Translations under genes and position numbers: made by a program
Part shown: positions 1 to 8,624 of the stretch, in pieces
How positions within the stretch are numbered: the stretch's first letter is position 1
Layout of the letters: each line of letters opens with the position of its first letter
The notes under the pieces: generated by a model
The model's database searches: none
What the model was told of the DNA's origin: nothing
Seen by the model: only the letters and a program-made list of their open reading frames with translations
Origin: an uncultured Candidatus Saccharibacteria bacterium
GTDB lineage: Bacteria > Patescibacteriota > Minisyncoccia > Portnoybacterales > UBA2143
Direction of reading: 5' to 3'
Length of the DNA: 49,184 nucleotides
Assembly: GCA_964403725.1 (NCBI GenBank)
Contig: CAYOHI010000004.1
Location: forward strand, 1,784 to 50,967

Positions 1-112
1 ACGGATTATTAGAAAGAATTTCTAAAGTGAATAAAATTCTATCGTAATATCTTTTTTCAATCTTATCTAGTTTTCTTTTTATTCTTTTTGGCAGAATGAC
101 TTGATACTTCAT
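1..112 (-). CDS. RelE/ParE-family toxin, N-terminal part (runs off window)
   Basis: Manual translation from ATG at 112: MKYQVILPKRIKRKLDKIEKRYYDRILFTLEILSNNP, a typical RelE N-terminus; overlaps the 3' end of the Phd antitoxin. Confidence 0.8.
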   Translation of the reverse strand, partial: MKYQVILPKRIKRKLDKIEKRYYDRILFTLEILSNNP

Positions 113-416
113 ATTTTGCCTTACTTTTATCTGCTAAAACAAACCCTTCTTCCTTGAGAAGCTCTTCTAAAGTAATATATTCGCCTTTTTTGTAATCTTC
201 CCTAGCTTCTTTAATATCCTTTTTCAAATCAGGAAACATTTCTTGCACTTTTAAAGTTTCCTGCCAAGATTCAAATTCTTCAGCAGACATTATAACTGCC
301 TTTGGCCTTCCTTTTTCAGTAATAGTATAATATGACCCTCTTTTTTCAATTTTATCTACCAATTCAAAAATTCTTCTTCTAAATTCAGTAATTGGCAGAG
401 TTGTTTTTGTATTCAT
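63..416 (-). CDS. Phd/YefM-family antitoxin
   Basis: ITEFRR...YTITEKGRPKAVIMSAEEFESWQETL signature. Confidence 0.9.
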   Translation of the reverse strand: MNTKTTLPITEFRRRIFELVDKIEKRGSYYTITEKGRPKAVIMSAEEFESWQETLKVQEMFPDLKKDIKEAREDYKKGEYITLEELLKEEGFVLADKSKAKYEVSSHSAKKNKKKTR

Positions 417-477
417 AGTTTTATCCCCATTTTTAACTTGACATAATTATATTACATATATATACTTAGGACATATT

Positions 478-520
478 GGGCTTCGGCCTCCGAGACCCCC
501 TTCCCCTGGAAGGGGGACCG
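478..520 (-). other. GC-rich double-hairpin element downstream of PemK gene
   Basis: Minus strand: CCCCCTTC/GAAGGGGG hairpin followed by TCGGA-GGC-CGAA-GCC. Confidence 0.55.
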
Positions 521-525
521 TTTTT

Positions 526-921
526 TTATAAGAGACTTTTAATTTTTGTTTTAACTCTTTTAAAATCGTTTTCAGGAAATGTACGAATTTTCCTGGATAG
601 TCTTTTGCTACTAATCAATCTTATTTGAGATAAAATTATGGAATATTTTTTATTCCTATACTTAAACTGATAATAAAACCTACCAGTCTTATCTTTGCTA
701 GTCATAGGAACAACCCAAAGCGTTTTCCCGCCAAAATTTCTCAATATCAAAACCGGCCTTTCAAACCTGTTATTCTTACCATCCTGTTCAAAGCCAATAT
801 TCATACCCAGGCTCGCCCACCATATTTCCCTTTCTTTGAAATACAGTTTTTCTTCTCTTTTGGATTTATGAAGTCTAACTTTTAATCTAGTCCAATTGTA
901 AAATTTTGAAACTATTGACAT
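526..921 (-). CDS. PemK/MazF-family endoribonuclease toxin
   Basis: EIWWASLGMNIGFEQDGK...RPVLIL...VVPMTS...SQIRLISSKRL; start moved to ATG 921, which follows TTGATT-17-TATACT. Confidence 0.85.
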   Translation of the reverse strand: MSIVSKFYNWTRLKVRLHKSKREEKLYFKEREIWWASLGMNIGFEQDGKNNRFERPVLILRNFGGKTLWVVPMTSKDKTGRFYYQFKYRNKKYSIILSQIRLISSKRLSRKIRTFPENDFKRVKTKIKSLL

Positions 922-949
922 ATACGTACAGTATAACGTACATATCAAA

Positions 950-1633
950 TTAAATCAACTTTTCTTTTTTAAAACTAAACACCTTATTCCTAGCTATAAT
1001 GACATGGTCCAAAACTTCAATCCCCATCATTTCTCCAGCTTTAACTAAAGTATCAGTAATAGATATGTCATTTTCAGAAGGATTCGCATCCCCTGACGGA
1101 TGATTATGAACCAGAATTATGGAAGCGGCATTCTGACGGACTGCTTCAGAAAAAATTTCTCTTGGATGAATCAAACTGGCATCCAAAGTGCCTGTAAACA
1201 TAGGTCTTTTAAAAATCATTTCATTTCTGGCATTTAAGTAAATTACCATTAGATGCTCTCTGACCTTATCCCTCATATATACTGACTGAGCCACCACATC
1301 ATTAACAGATTTAATTATTGGCAAGGTATCATCATCTTTGTGTTCTAATAATCTTTTAACCAGCTCTATAGCCGACAAAACATTACAAGCTTTAGCATCG
1401 CTAATTCCTTTAACTTTCATTAGATCCTCATAAGTCAAATTAATGAATTTTTTCTTAGGATACTTATTCAAGACAAACTTAGCCAATTCCAAAACATTCC
1501 TACCCTGATAACCAGTCCCTAAAAGAACAGCTAAAAGCTCTGCATCTTTTAAATTCTGTGTTCCTTTGATCTTTAATTTCTCCCTAGGCCTTTCAATTAA
1601 AGGAATATCTTTAATTTTAGAATTCTTATCCAT
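950..1633 (-). CDS. radC: RadC (JAB domain) protein
   Basis: ERPREKL, HPREIF and HNHPSG...S..D motifs; ATG 1633 preceded by AGGAGGGG. Confidence 0.95.
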   Translation of the reverse strand: MDKNSKIKDIPLIERPREKLKIKGTQNLKDAELLAVLLGTGYQGRNVLELAKFVLNKYPKKKFINLTYEDLMKVKGISDAKACNVLSAIELVKRLLEHKDDDTLPIIKSVNDVVAQSVYMRDKVREHLMVIYLNARNEMIFKRPMFTGTLDASLIHPREIFSEAVRQNAASIILVHNHPSGDANPSENDISITDTLVKAGEMMGIEVLDHVIIARNKVFSFKKEKLI

Positions 1634-1728
1634 TTCCCCTCCTAGTATAATAATACAATTTTTAAGGTTTAAAAACAAATTAAAAAAACCGCCATAACGC
1701 GGTTTTTAAAAGTCATCAAAACAACTAC

Positions 1729-1908
1729 CTATTTCGTCTCTCTACCTTTCAAAAATTTCTTCAATTCTTTTTCAGAAACTCTGTAAGTAGAACGAGTTAA
1801 TTTAGTTGCTTTGAACTTTTTCTGGCGGATATATCGCCAAACAGTTGCTCGGCTCACACTCAAATATTCGGCAACTTCCTCAGTTGTTAAAAACTTTTCT
1901 TTGTCCAT
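1729..1908 (-). CDS. Excisionase-like HTH DNA-binding protein, 59 aa (not in ORF track)
   Basis: Manual translation MDKEKFLTTEEVAEYLSVSRATVWRYIRQKKFKATKLTRSTYRVSEKELKKFLKGRETK; promoter TTGCAA-17-TAGAAT ends 7 nt before the ATG. Confidence 0.85.
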   Translation of the reverse strand: MDKEKFLTTEEVAEYLSVSRATVWRYIRQKKFKATKLTRSTYRVSEKELKKFLKGRETK

Positions 1909-1973
1909 TAATTTTATTCTAGCAACAATTATTAATTATTGCAAAGTGTTAATCTTATCCACAGTTTCAACAC

Positions 1974-2002
1974 TTGACAACGCTTAACATAGATAATACA
2001 CT
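1974..2002 (+). promoter_or_regulatory. Sigma70-type promoter
   Basis: TTGACA-17-TACACT; perfect DnaA box TTATCCACA at 1955-1963 just upstream. Confidence 0.7.
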
Positions 2003-2167
2003 GAAAAGACTCCTTGTAAGGGTAAATTATCCATTTGTTATAAATTTTTCTTTGTCCATCCTTACACAGGAACCAGTACTCGTCCCGCTTCACTATGCTT
2101 TTAATTATATATCGGTTAATTCTAAGCTAGTGAAGCATTCAGGACGGGAAAAAACCGATTTAAAACT

Positions 2168-2356
2168 ATGTTTAAATTCTTCTGCGGTTGTTGCGGAAAA
2201 GAAATCCAAAAACTTTTTTTTGTCTGTATTGTTGACGATGCAAATATTGATCACTATTTCAAGCTCTGTAAAAAATGCGGCGACCACATTTTAAAAGAAT
2301 TATCAGAAAAGTCTTGCTCTAAAAAAAAGGAAGTTAAAGGGGAAAAAGAAATGTAA
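2168..2356 (+). CDS. Small putative zinc-finger protein
   Basis: CGCC...CKKC (two CxxC); follows the promoter and a structured leader, ends at a hairpin. Confidence 0.55.
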   Translation: MFKFFCGCCGKEIQKLFFVCIVDDANIDHYFKLCKKCGDHILKELSEKSCSKKKEVKGEKEM

Positions 2357-2520
2357 AACCCCGCGAGAGGCTATTTCTTACTCAAGCGGGGTTCGTTTTA
2401 CAGCAAAGGCAGGAAGACTAACGCATAGTTAAAGGGGTACAGAACAAGGAGGTATCAACCATAAAAGACAGGAAGGTCCAACAATGAACTGAAAACTTAC
2501 ACAACCTAATCCTTTGCTAT
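2352..2520 (-). ncRNA. Candidate ~165-nt small RNA
   Basis: Promoter TTGACA(2549-2554)-17-TAAACT(2526-2531); 8-bp closing stem 2511-2518/2402-2409; terminal hairpin AACCCCGC/GCGGGGTT followed by Ts. Confidence 0.6.
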
Positions 2521-2566
2521 TAAGAAGTTTATTATTTAAATACTTTTTTGTCAATGTGGAGAAATA

Positions 2567-2680
2567 AAAAATCCCTTGCCTGGGGATTTTTGACTTTTGG
2601 AGAGAAAAAGGAAGATTTTTTAGAGCGTCGTCACTGCCCACTCCCTTCACCCAGGTAAGGGTTCCAGTTGTCTCTGTCTT
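2567..2680 (-). ncRNA. Candidate small structured RNA
   Basis: TTGACA at 2700-2705 (weak -10); GC-rich rod AGAG/CTCT, ACTG/CAGT, CCCTTAC/GTGAAGGG; terminator 2567-2591. Confidence 0.4.
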
Positions 2681-2746
2681 AATACATTTTAACTTCATTT
2701 GTCAAGAAAAAATGACATTTATACTCTTTTGAGATATAATATAGGC

Positions 2747-2887
2747 ATGAAAGATAACCTAGATCAAATTGAAGAAAAAGTAGAGAAAAAAGCCAAACAG
2801 AGAGAAAAGAAAAAAAAGCCCAAAATGAAAGTTTCGGGCAAAAGCGTTTTTCAATTGCAGAAAGAATTGAAGAGAAACAAAGCTTGA
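2747..2887 (+). CDS. Small Lys-rich hypothetical protein
   Basis: MKDNLDQIEEKVEKK...; ATGACA-17-TATAAT ends 6 nt before the ATG. Confidence 0.6.
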   Translation: MKDNLDQIEEKVEKKAKQREKKKKPKMKVSGKSVFQLQKELKRNKA

Positions 2888-2924
2888 CTTAGACCCTTTT
2901 TTATGATAAATTTAACTGAAATAT

Positions 2925-3272
2925 ATGAGATTTATTGTTCAAATATTAGTTAATGCTTTAGCCATATTCTTGGCTGACTATGTGGTCCCTGGAATCATTT
3001 TCAGCGGCGATATCGTGACTCTCTTTATTGCCGGATTGCTTTTAGGCCTGATAAACTTCTTTGTCAAGCCGATTGTTAAGCTGATTTCAGCACCATTGAT
3101 CATTTTGACCTTAGGTCTCTTCATTATTCTCATTAATATAGCATTACTCTGGCTTTTGCAATACTTCGTCCCAGAATTAACTATTAATGGCTTCTGGTCA
3201 TATTTCTGGGGCGTCATGATAATCAGTCTGGTCAATATGTTTTTTGGAACTGGACGAAAGAAAAAGAATTAA
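2925..3272 (+). CDS. Four-TM membrane protein, YvlD/DUF360 (phage holin 4 superfamily)
   Basis: GLINFFVKPI...PLIILTLGLF..LIN motif. Confidence 0.85.
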   Translation: MRFIVQILVNALAIFLADYVVPGIIFSGDIVTLFIAGLLLGLINFFVKPIVKLISAPLIILTLGLFIILINIALLWLLQYFVPELTINGFWSYFWGVMIISLVNMFFGTGRKKKN

Positions 3273-3281
3273 TATAAAAAT

Positions 3282-3503
3282 ATGGAAAAAATCTTATCAA
3301 TATCACAAGTTGTTATCTCTTTAGCTTTGATTGTTACTATTCTCCTCCAGCAAAGAAATGCTGGTGGCGCTTCTTTCTTGGGTGGCGGCGGCAGCGATAC
3401 AAGCTATTACACCAAAAGAGGTTTTGACAAAATACTTTTCACTAGTACTATTATCCTAGCTGCCCTGTTCTTAATCAGCAGCTTTTTGAATCTACTTATC
3501 TAA
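3282..3503 (+). CDS. secG: Preprotein translocase subunit SecG
   Basis: ILLQQR..GG..FLGG...TKRG pattern, two TM helices. Confidence 0.9.
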   Translation: MEKILSISQVVISLALIVTILLQQRNAGGASFLGGGGSDTSYYTKRGFDKILFTSTIILAALFLISSFLNLLI

Positions 3504-3531
3504 TTACTGCAATTGTGGCCTTTTTGATCGC

Positions 3532-5319
3532 ATGATAAAAAACATTCGTACTTACAAAGACAAATTAATATCGTTTTTTAAGAAAATTAACCTGAAGGGT
3601 CTTTTTTCCATTCCTGGAGGACAATGGCCTAAATGGAAACAATGGCAAAGGTTACCTAAAATACTACCCAATCGTGAACGTTGGATTATGCGTGTCCTTT
3701 TTGCTGTCGTCCTAATCTCAGCCATTACTCTAATCGTTGGAATATATACTAACAAGACCCAGTTAATACCAAAACTAGGCGGTGAATATCAAGAAGGAAT
3801 ATTGGGCCAGCCTAGATTCATCAACCCGGTCCTAGCCCAGACCAATGATACTGACAGGGATCTAGTCCAGATAGTCTATTCCAGCCTATTTAAATACAAC
3901 GGCCAAGGAGAATTGATTCCAGATCTAGCTGAAAGCTATCAAATAGAGGAAGACAATGTAACTTACATCATTAACCTTAAGAAAGACGTATTCTGGCACG
4001 ATGACGAACCTTTGACAGCCAATGATGTCATGTTCACCATCAAAACCATCCAGGACCCAGAATACAAGAGTCCCTTAAGAAGTATTTGGCAAAGCGTCCA
4101 GATTGAAAAAATCGATGAATTTACCATTAAATTCAAGCTAAACAATGTCTATGTATCTTTTCTGCATAATTTGACTGTCGGCATTATGCCTCGTCATTTA
4201 TGGGCCGGCATTTCAGCAGCCAATTTCCCCCTAGCCCAATACAATCTCAAGCCGATCGGATCTGGACCTTACAAGTTTGATGAATTCCATAAAGATGAAA
4301 AAGGACAAGTTGAATCAATGGAATTTATCAGAAATGACAGATATCATCTAACTGAGGGCCCATACATCAAAAAAATTACTATCCGTTTCTACAGCAGCCA
4401 AGACGAGCTGATCCAAGCCTATCAGAAGAGACAGATTGAAGGATTGAGCTTCCTTTCTCCTATCAAACAGGAAAACTTAAGGAATAATCTGAATATCCAT
4501 GAAATCAACCTGCCAATCTATTATTCAGTCTTCTTTAACCAAACTAAAAGCAAGCCTTTAGCTGACAAAAATGTCAGACTAGCCCTTTCATACGCTACCA
4601 ACAAGCAAGAAATCATTGATCAAGTCCTAAAAGGCAAAGGAGAAATTGTTGATTCCCCTCTCTTAAAAGGCTGGCCTAATTACACTTCAGAGACAAAAAT
4701 TTATGAATTCGCCCTAGAACATGCCCAGAATCTTTTAGACTCAAATGGATGGAAAGACACAGATGAAGACGGCATTAGACAGAAAACAGTTAATAATGAA
4801 GATACACCACTAGAATTTGATTTAGTGGCCAGTGATTGGCCTGAATTCAAGCAAACCGCTGAAATATTAAAAGAACAATGGGAGAAATTAGGCATTAAGG
4901 TTAATTTAAAAATCATTAGCGCTACTGACATCCAACAGGAATACCTAAGGCCAAGAAACTACCAAGCCCTATTATTCGGCGAAGTCCTAAGCGCTGATCC
5001 TGATCCATTTGCCTTTTGGCACTCAACCCAGAAGAAAGATCCAGGATTAAACGTAGCATTCTATGACAACAAAAAAGTTGACAAACTCCTAGAAGATGCC
5101 AGGCAAACAGTAGATCAGGAAGAAAGAACTGAAAAGTACGCTGAATTCCAGAAGCTTTTAATTGAAGATGCTCCGGCCATATTCCTTTACAGCCCAACAT
5201 ACCTTTATCCTGTCAACAAAAAGGTGAAAGGCATTGAAATTGGAAAACTTGCCCAGCCTTCCTATAGATTCTCTCAAATAGAAGACTGGTATGTTAAAAC
5301 TAAAAGAATTTGGAGGTAA
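3532..5319 (+). CDS. Membrane-anchored ABC peptide/nickel substrate-binding protein (family 5)
   Basis: PDLAES, FWHDDEPLTANDVMFT, PIGSGPYK motifs; N-terminal TM segment. Confidence 0.9.
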   Translation: MIKNIRTYKDKLISFFKKINLKGLFSIPGGQWPKWKQWQRLPKILPNRERWIMRVLFAVVLISAITLIVGIYTNKTQLIPKLGGEYQEGILGQPRFINPVLAQTNDTDRDLVQIVYSSLFKYNGQGELIPDLAESYQIEEDNVTYIINLKKDVFWHDDEPLTANDVMFTIKTIQDPEYKSPLRSIWQSVQIEKIDEFTIKFKLNNVYVSFLHNLTVGIMPRHLWAGISAANFPLAQYNLKPIGSGPYKFDEFHKDEKGQVESMEFIRNDRYHLTEGPYIKKITIRFYSSQDELIQAYQKRQIEGLSFLSPIKQENLRNNLNIHEINLPIYYSVFFNQTKSKPLADKNVRLALSYATNKQEIIDQVLKGKGEIVDSPLLKGWPNYTSETKIYEFALEHAQNLLDSNGWKDTDEDGIRQKTVNNEDTPLEFDLVASDWPEFKQTAEILKEQWEKLGIKVNLKIISATDIQQEYLRPRNYQALLFGEVLSADPDPFAFWHSTQKKDPGLNVAFYDNKKVDKLLEDARQTVDQEERTEKYAEFQKLLIEDAPAIFLYSPTYLYPVNKKVKGIEIGKLAQPSYRFSQIEDWYVKTKRIWR

Positions 5320-5320
5320 A

Positions 5321-6034
5321 ATGGATATCCAAAAATTAACTCCCAATATCCGCTATCTGGCTGAAATGACAGATGTCCTTTTTGATAAGGAATGGGCTAT
5401 GAATATCTCTGACTTAAAGCTCTATTACATGTACCGCGACCTGGCTATGAATAAGAAAGACAGGGAAAGGATTGAGAAAGCCAAATTAAGATACGACATT
5501 ACTATCATGGTTCCCCTCATGCTGGGAAAGGAATACAACAAGACGGCCGGACATGACCATCCCTTAGTGCCAGATACCAATATTACCTACCCGGAACTCT
5601 ATCAAGTCCTATCAGGTGAAATTATCTTCCTTCTCCAGGACTCAATAAATGACAGCATTAGGGACATCTACGCCATAAAGGCAATAAAGGGAGATAAAGT
5701 AATAGTCCCGCCTAATTACGAGCATATAATGATCAATGCCACGGAGAAGGAAGCTAAAACAGCCAATTGGGTCTGTCGCGATTTTGGATCAAACCTCTAT
5801 AAGCCATTCAGACAAAAGCAAGGGTTCAGCTATTTCGCATTAAAAGGCGAAGATGGCGAGATTAAATGGGAGAAAAACAAGAATTACCAAGATATCCCAG
5901 AATTGAAATTTATTAAACCGAACCAATGGCTGGAGAAATTCAAGATAGACAAGGAAGAAGAAATATATTTTTTGATTAAAGACATTAAAAAACTGGATTT
6001 TCTAAAAAATCCACAAAAATATGAATGGAGATAG
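5321..6034 (+). CDS. Cupin-type glucose-6-phosphate isomerase
   Basis: LYYMYRD, RYDIT, EYNKTAGHDH, YPELY and VPPNYEH motifs; SD GGAGG before ATG 5321. Confidence 0.85.
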   Translation: MDIQKLTPNIRYLAEMTDVLFDKEWAMNISDLKLYYMYRDLAMNKKDRERIEKAKLRYDITIMVPLMLGKEYNKTAGHDHPLVPDTNITYPELYQVLSGEIIFLLQDSINDSIRDIYAIKAIKGDKVIVPPNYEHIMINATEKEAKTANWVCRDFGSNLYKPFRQKQGFSYFALKGEDGEIKWEKNKNYQDIPELKFIKPNQWLEKFKIDKEEEIYFLIKDIKKLDFLKNPQKYEWR

Positions 6035-6062
6035 ATATTATAATAATTCCGATTATTTTTAA

Positions 6063-6689
6063 ATGAAAATTATCAAGAATAATAACATTGATTGGTCATC
6101 TGATACAGCTTATGTTGTTGGATTGATAACTACGGACGGATGTTTGTCAGGCGACGGAAGACATATCGATTTTACATCTAAAGATATCCAATTATTAAAA
6201 ACATTCAAGAAGTGTCTAGGTATTAAAAATAAAATAACACTTAAAAAAAGTTCTTATACTGGTCGAAAAGATTGTTCCCGTATCCAATTTGGGAATGTTA
6301 TATTTTATAGATGGTTGCTTGATATAGGATTAATGACTAATAAAACAAAAAGAATGAAAGAAATCAAAGTGCCAAATAAATTCTTTTTTGATTTTTTACG
6401 CGGATATTTAGACGGCGATGGACATATCAGAAAATACCAAGATCCTGTATATCCTAATAGCCTAAGAATCTATGTATCTTTTTCTTCGTGCAATATAGAA
6501 CATCTTGAATGGTTGAGAAATAGAATTAATAAACTTCTGTTCATTAACGGATTCTTTAAAAAAGGACCCAGAGCGTATAGTTTAACTTTTTCAAAAAAAG
6601 AATCTTTAATTCTATTACCAAGAATTTATCCAAATTCAGAAGTTCCTTGTCTCAAGAGAAAATACAATATTATTAAGAATCTAATATAA
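6063..6689 (+). CDS. Free-standing double-motif LAGLIDADG endonuclease-like protein
   Basis: AYVVGLITTDG and FLRGYLDGDG motifs. Confidence 0.85.
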   Translation: MKIIKNNNIDWSSDTAYVVGLITTDGCLSGDGRHIDFTSKDIQLLKTFKKCLGIKNKITLKKSSYTGRKDCSRIQFGNVIFYRWLLDIGLMTNKTKRMKEIKVPNKFFFDFLRGYLDGDGHIRKYQDPVYPNSLRIYVSFSSCNIEHLEWLRNRINKLLFINGFFKKGPRAYSLTFSKKESLILLPRIYPNSEVPCLKRKYNIIKNLI

Positions 6690-6692
6690 GAA

Positions 6693-6775
6693 GCCGAAGT
6701 GATGAAACTGGCAAACATGCACGGTTCAGAACCGTGTGCCCCTAGGGCTTATGGGTTCAAATCCCATCTTCGGCA
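6693..6775 (+). tRNA. tRNA-Leu (CAG)
   Basis: GCCGAAG/CTTCGGC acceptor stem, CACGG-TTCAGAA-CCGTG anticodon arm, long variable arm, TTCAAAT T-loop; CCA not encoded. Confidence 0.95.
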
Positions 6776-6878
6776 CAGTTAAAAAACTTATCATTTAAAA
6801 GATAAAAAACAATAATATTTTGTTAAACTGCTACTCGGCAAAATATTTTGTTTAGCTTTGAATGAAAAAATAAAATAT

Positions 6879-8561
6879 ATGACAAAAACAACAAAATCAA
6901 AAAGCCTAAGGATTATTCCATTAGGCGGCTTAGAAGGTATTGGACGCAATATGATGGTTCTTGAATACCAAGACGACATTATCATTATTGACGTCGGCCT
7001 ACAGTTCCCTGAGGAAGACATGCCAGGCATTGATTACATCATTCCTAACACAGCTTACCTTAAGGACAAAAAAGACAAAATAAAGGGTGTTATCATAACC
7101 CATGGTCACTTAGACCATATTGGAGCCATTCCTCATTCTATGGGAAGATTAGGCAATCCTCCAATCTATGCTGCACCTTTAACTAAAGGAATCATCTTAA
7201 AAAGACAGATTGATTTCCCGGGATCGCCGAAATTAGATCTCCATGACATAAATAAGACATCTAAAATCAAATTAGGTTGTTTTAAGGTTGAATTCTTTCA
7301 TGTTAATCACAATATCCCAGATGGATTAGGCATAGTTATCGATACCCCTGTCGGAAGAATTGTTCATACTGGCGACTTTAAATTTGACCATACTCCAATT
7401 GGCGATGAACCAGCTGATATTTCAAGAATTACTGAAATAGCTAATGGCGGCGTTCATCTATTGATGTCAGACAGCACTGGCGCTGAAAAACCAGGCCATT
7501 CAATCTCTGAAAGAGATATTCAGGATAACCTGGAAACAATATTCAGGGAATCCCAGGGAAGAATAGTCATTGCTACCTTTGCATCCCTGATCAGCAGAAT
7601 CCAGCAAGTTATTAACTTAGCTGAGAAATATGACAGAAAAGTACTAGTTGACGGGTATAGCATGAAATCTAATGTTGAATTAGCCAAGAAATTAAAGCAT
7701 CTCAAATCGAAACCAGGCACATTGAACAAAATTAGCGCTATTAAGGATTATCCAGACAACAAAGTAGTCATCCTATGCACAGGCAGCCAAGGAGAAAGCA
7801 ATGCCGTACTGATGAGAATCGTCAACAGAGAACATCGCTATGTCCAGACTCAAAAAGGAGATGCAGTTGTCTTTTCATCATCATCTGTGCCAGGCAACGA
7901 AAGATCTGTCCAGAATCTTAAAGATATCCTATGGCAGCAAGGAGCCAGGGTGTATCATTACAAGATGATGGATATCCATGCCGGCGGACACGCCCAAGTT
8001 GAAGATTTGAAAATGATGATTAACCTCATCAGGCCTAAGTTCTTCTTCCCAATCCACGGCAACTATTACATGCTCAAGCTACATGGAGAAATTGCCCAAG
8101 GAGTAGGCATTCCAACTAAAAACATCATGACAGCCAGTAATGGAGATGTAGTTCTCTTAAACAAAAGAAGCATATCCCAAAGCAAAGAAAAAGTACCGGC
8201 CGGGTACGTCATGGTTGACGGCCTAGGCGTTGGCGATGTCGGCCAGGTAGTCCTCAGAGATAGACAAGCTATGGCTAAAGATGGTATGTTTGTAATAATA
8301 ACGCTAATTGATGGAAAAACAGGACAAGTCAGAGGTGAACCAGATATCATTTCTAGAGGATTTGTTTATCTCAGAGAAAATAAGGAATTACTTGATAAAA
8401 CTAGAGAAAAAGTTAGAGATATTGTTAAACATGCTTCTTCAACTAACAATACATCCAACTGGACATACATTAAAGAAAATATTCGTGACAAGGTTGGCCA
8501 ATTCCTGTATACTAAGACACAGAGACGCCCAATGGTCTTACCGGTAGTAATCAAAGTATAG
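6879..8561 (+). CDS. rnj: Ribonuclease J
   Basis: IPLGGLEGIGRNM, THGHLDHIG, HTGDFK, HAGGH, PIHG and RRPMVLPV motifs. Confidence 0.97.
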   Translation: MTKTTKSKSLRIIPLGGLEGIGRNMMVLEYQDDIIIIDVGLQFPEEDMPGIDYIIPNTAYLKDKKDKIKGVIITHGHLDHIGAIPHSMGRLGNPPIYAAPLTKGIILKRQIDFPGSPKLDLHDINKTSKIKLGCFKVEFFHVNHNIPDGLGIVIDTPVGRIVHTGDFKFDHTPIGDEPADISRITEIANGGVHLLMSDSTGAEKPGHSISERDIQDNLETIFRESQGRIVIATFASLISRIQQVINLAEKYDRKVLVDGYSMKSNVELAKKLKHLKSKPGTLNKISAIKDYPDNKVVILCTGSQGESNAVLMRIVNREHRYVQTQKGDAVVFSSSSVPGNERSVQNLKDILWQQGARVYHYKMMDIHAGGHAQVEDLKMMINLIRPKFFFPIHGNYYMLKLHGEIAQGVGIPTKNIMTASNGDVVLLNKRSISQSKEKVPAGYVMVDGLGVGDVGQVVLRDRQAMAKDGMFVIITLIDGKTGQVRGEPDIISRGFVYLRENKELLDKTREKVRDIVKHASSTNNTSNWTYIKENIRDKVGQFLYTKTQRRPMVLPVVIKV

Positions 8562-8624
8562 ACACCTTGATAATTAAATATTTGACGGAGGGAAAGGTCG
8601 ATTAAATTAATCAGAAAACAAGAT

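Noticed and set aside
1955-1963. Replication origin
   Set aside because: Isolated DnaA boxes only (others at 28461 and 29732 are intragenic); no cluster and no dnaA
1974-2294. 106-aa TTG-start ORF
   Set aside because: The TTG is the -35 hexamer; the ORF crosses the structured leader and has no recognisable motifs
2625-2680. TPP riboswitch or SRP RNA resemblance (CAGAGA...ACCCTT-ACCTG...AGGGA)
   Set aside because: No CTGAGA, no P5 GATC/TAAT element, no SRP GGAA tetraloop with AGCAG, and no credible downstream gene
2429-2698. 89-aa minus-strand ORF
   Set aside because: It starts inside a promoter spacer and runs through a terminator and a second promoter; better explained as RNAs
2925-3272. 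Prophage, suggested by the holin-family gene, excisionase and transglycosylase
   Set aside because: No structural, terminase or integrase genes; these families are routinely chromosomal
6034-6775. tRNA or group I intron encoding the LAGLIDADG protein
   Set aside because: The tRNA is contiguous and there is no 5' exon or intron core in the short flanks
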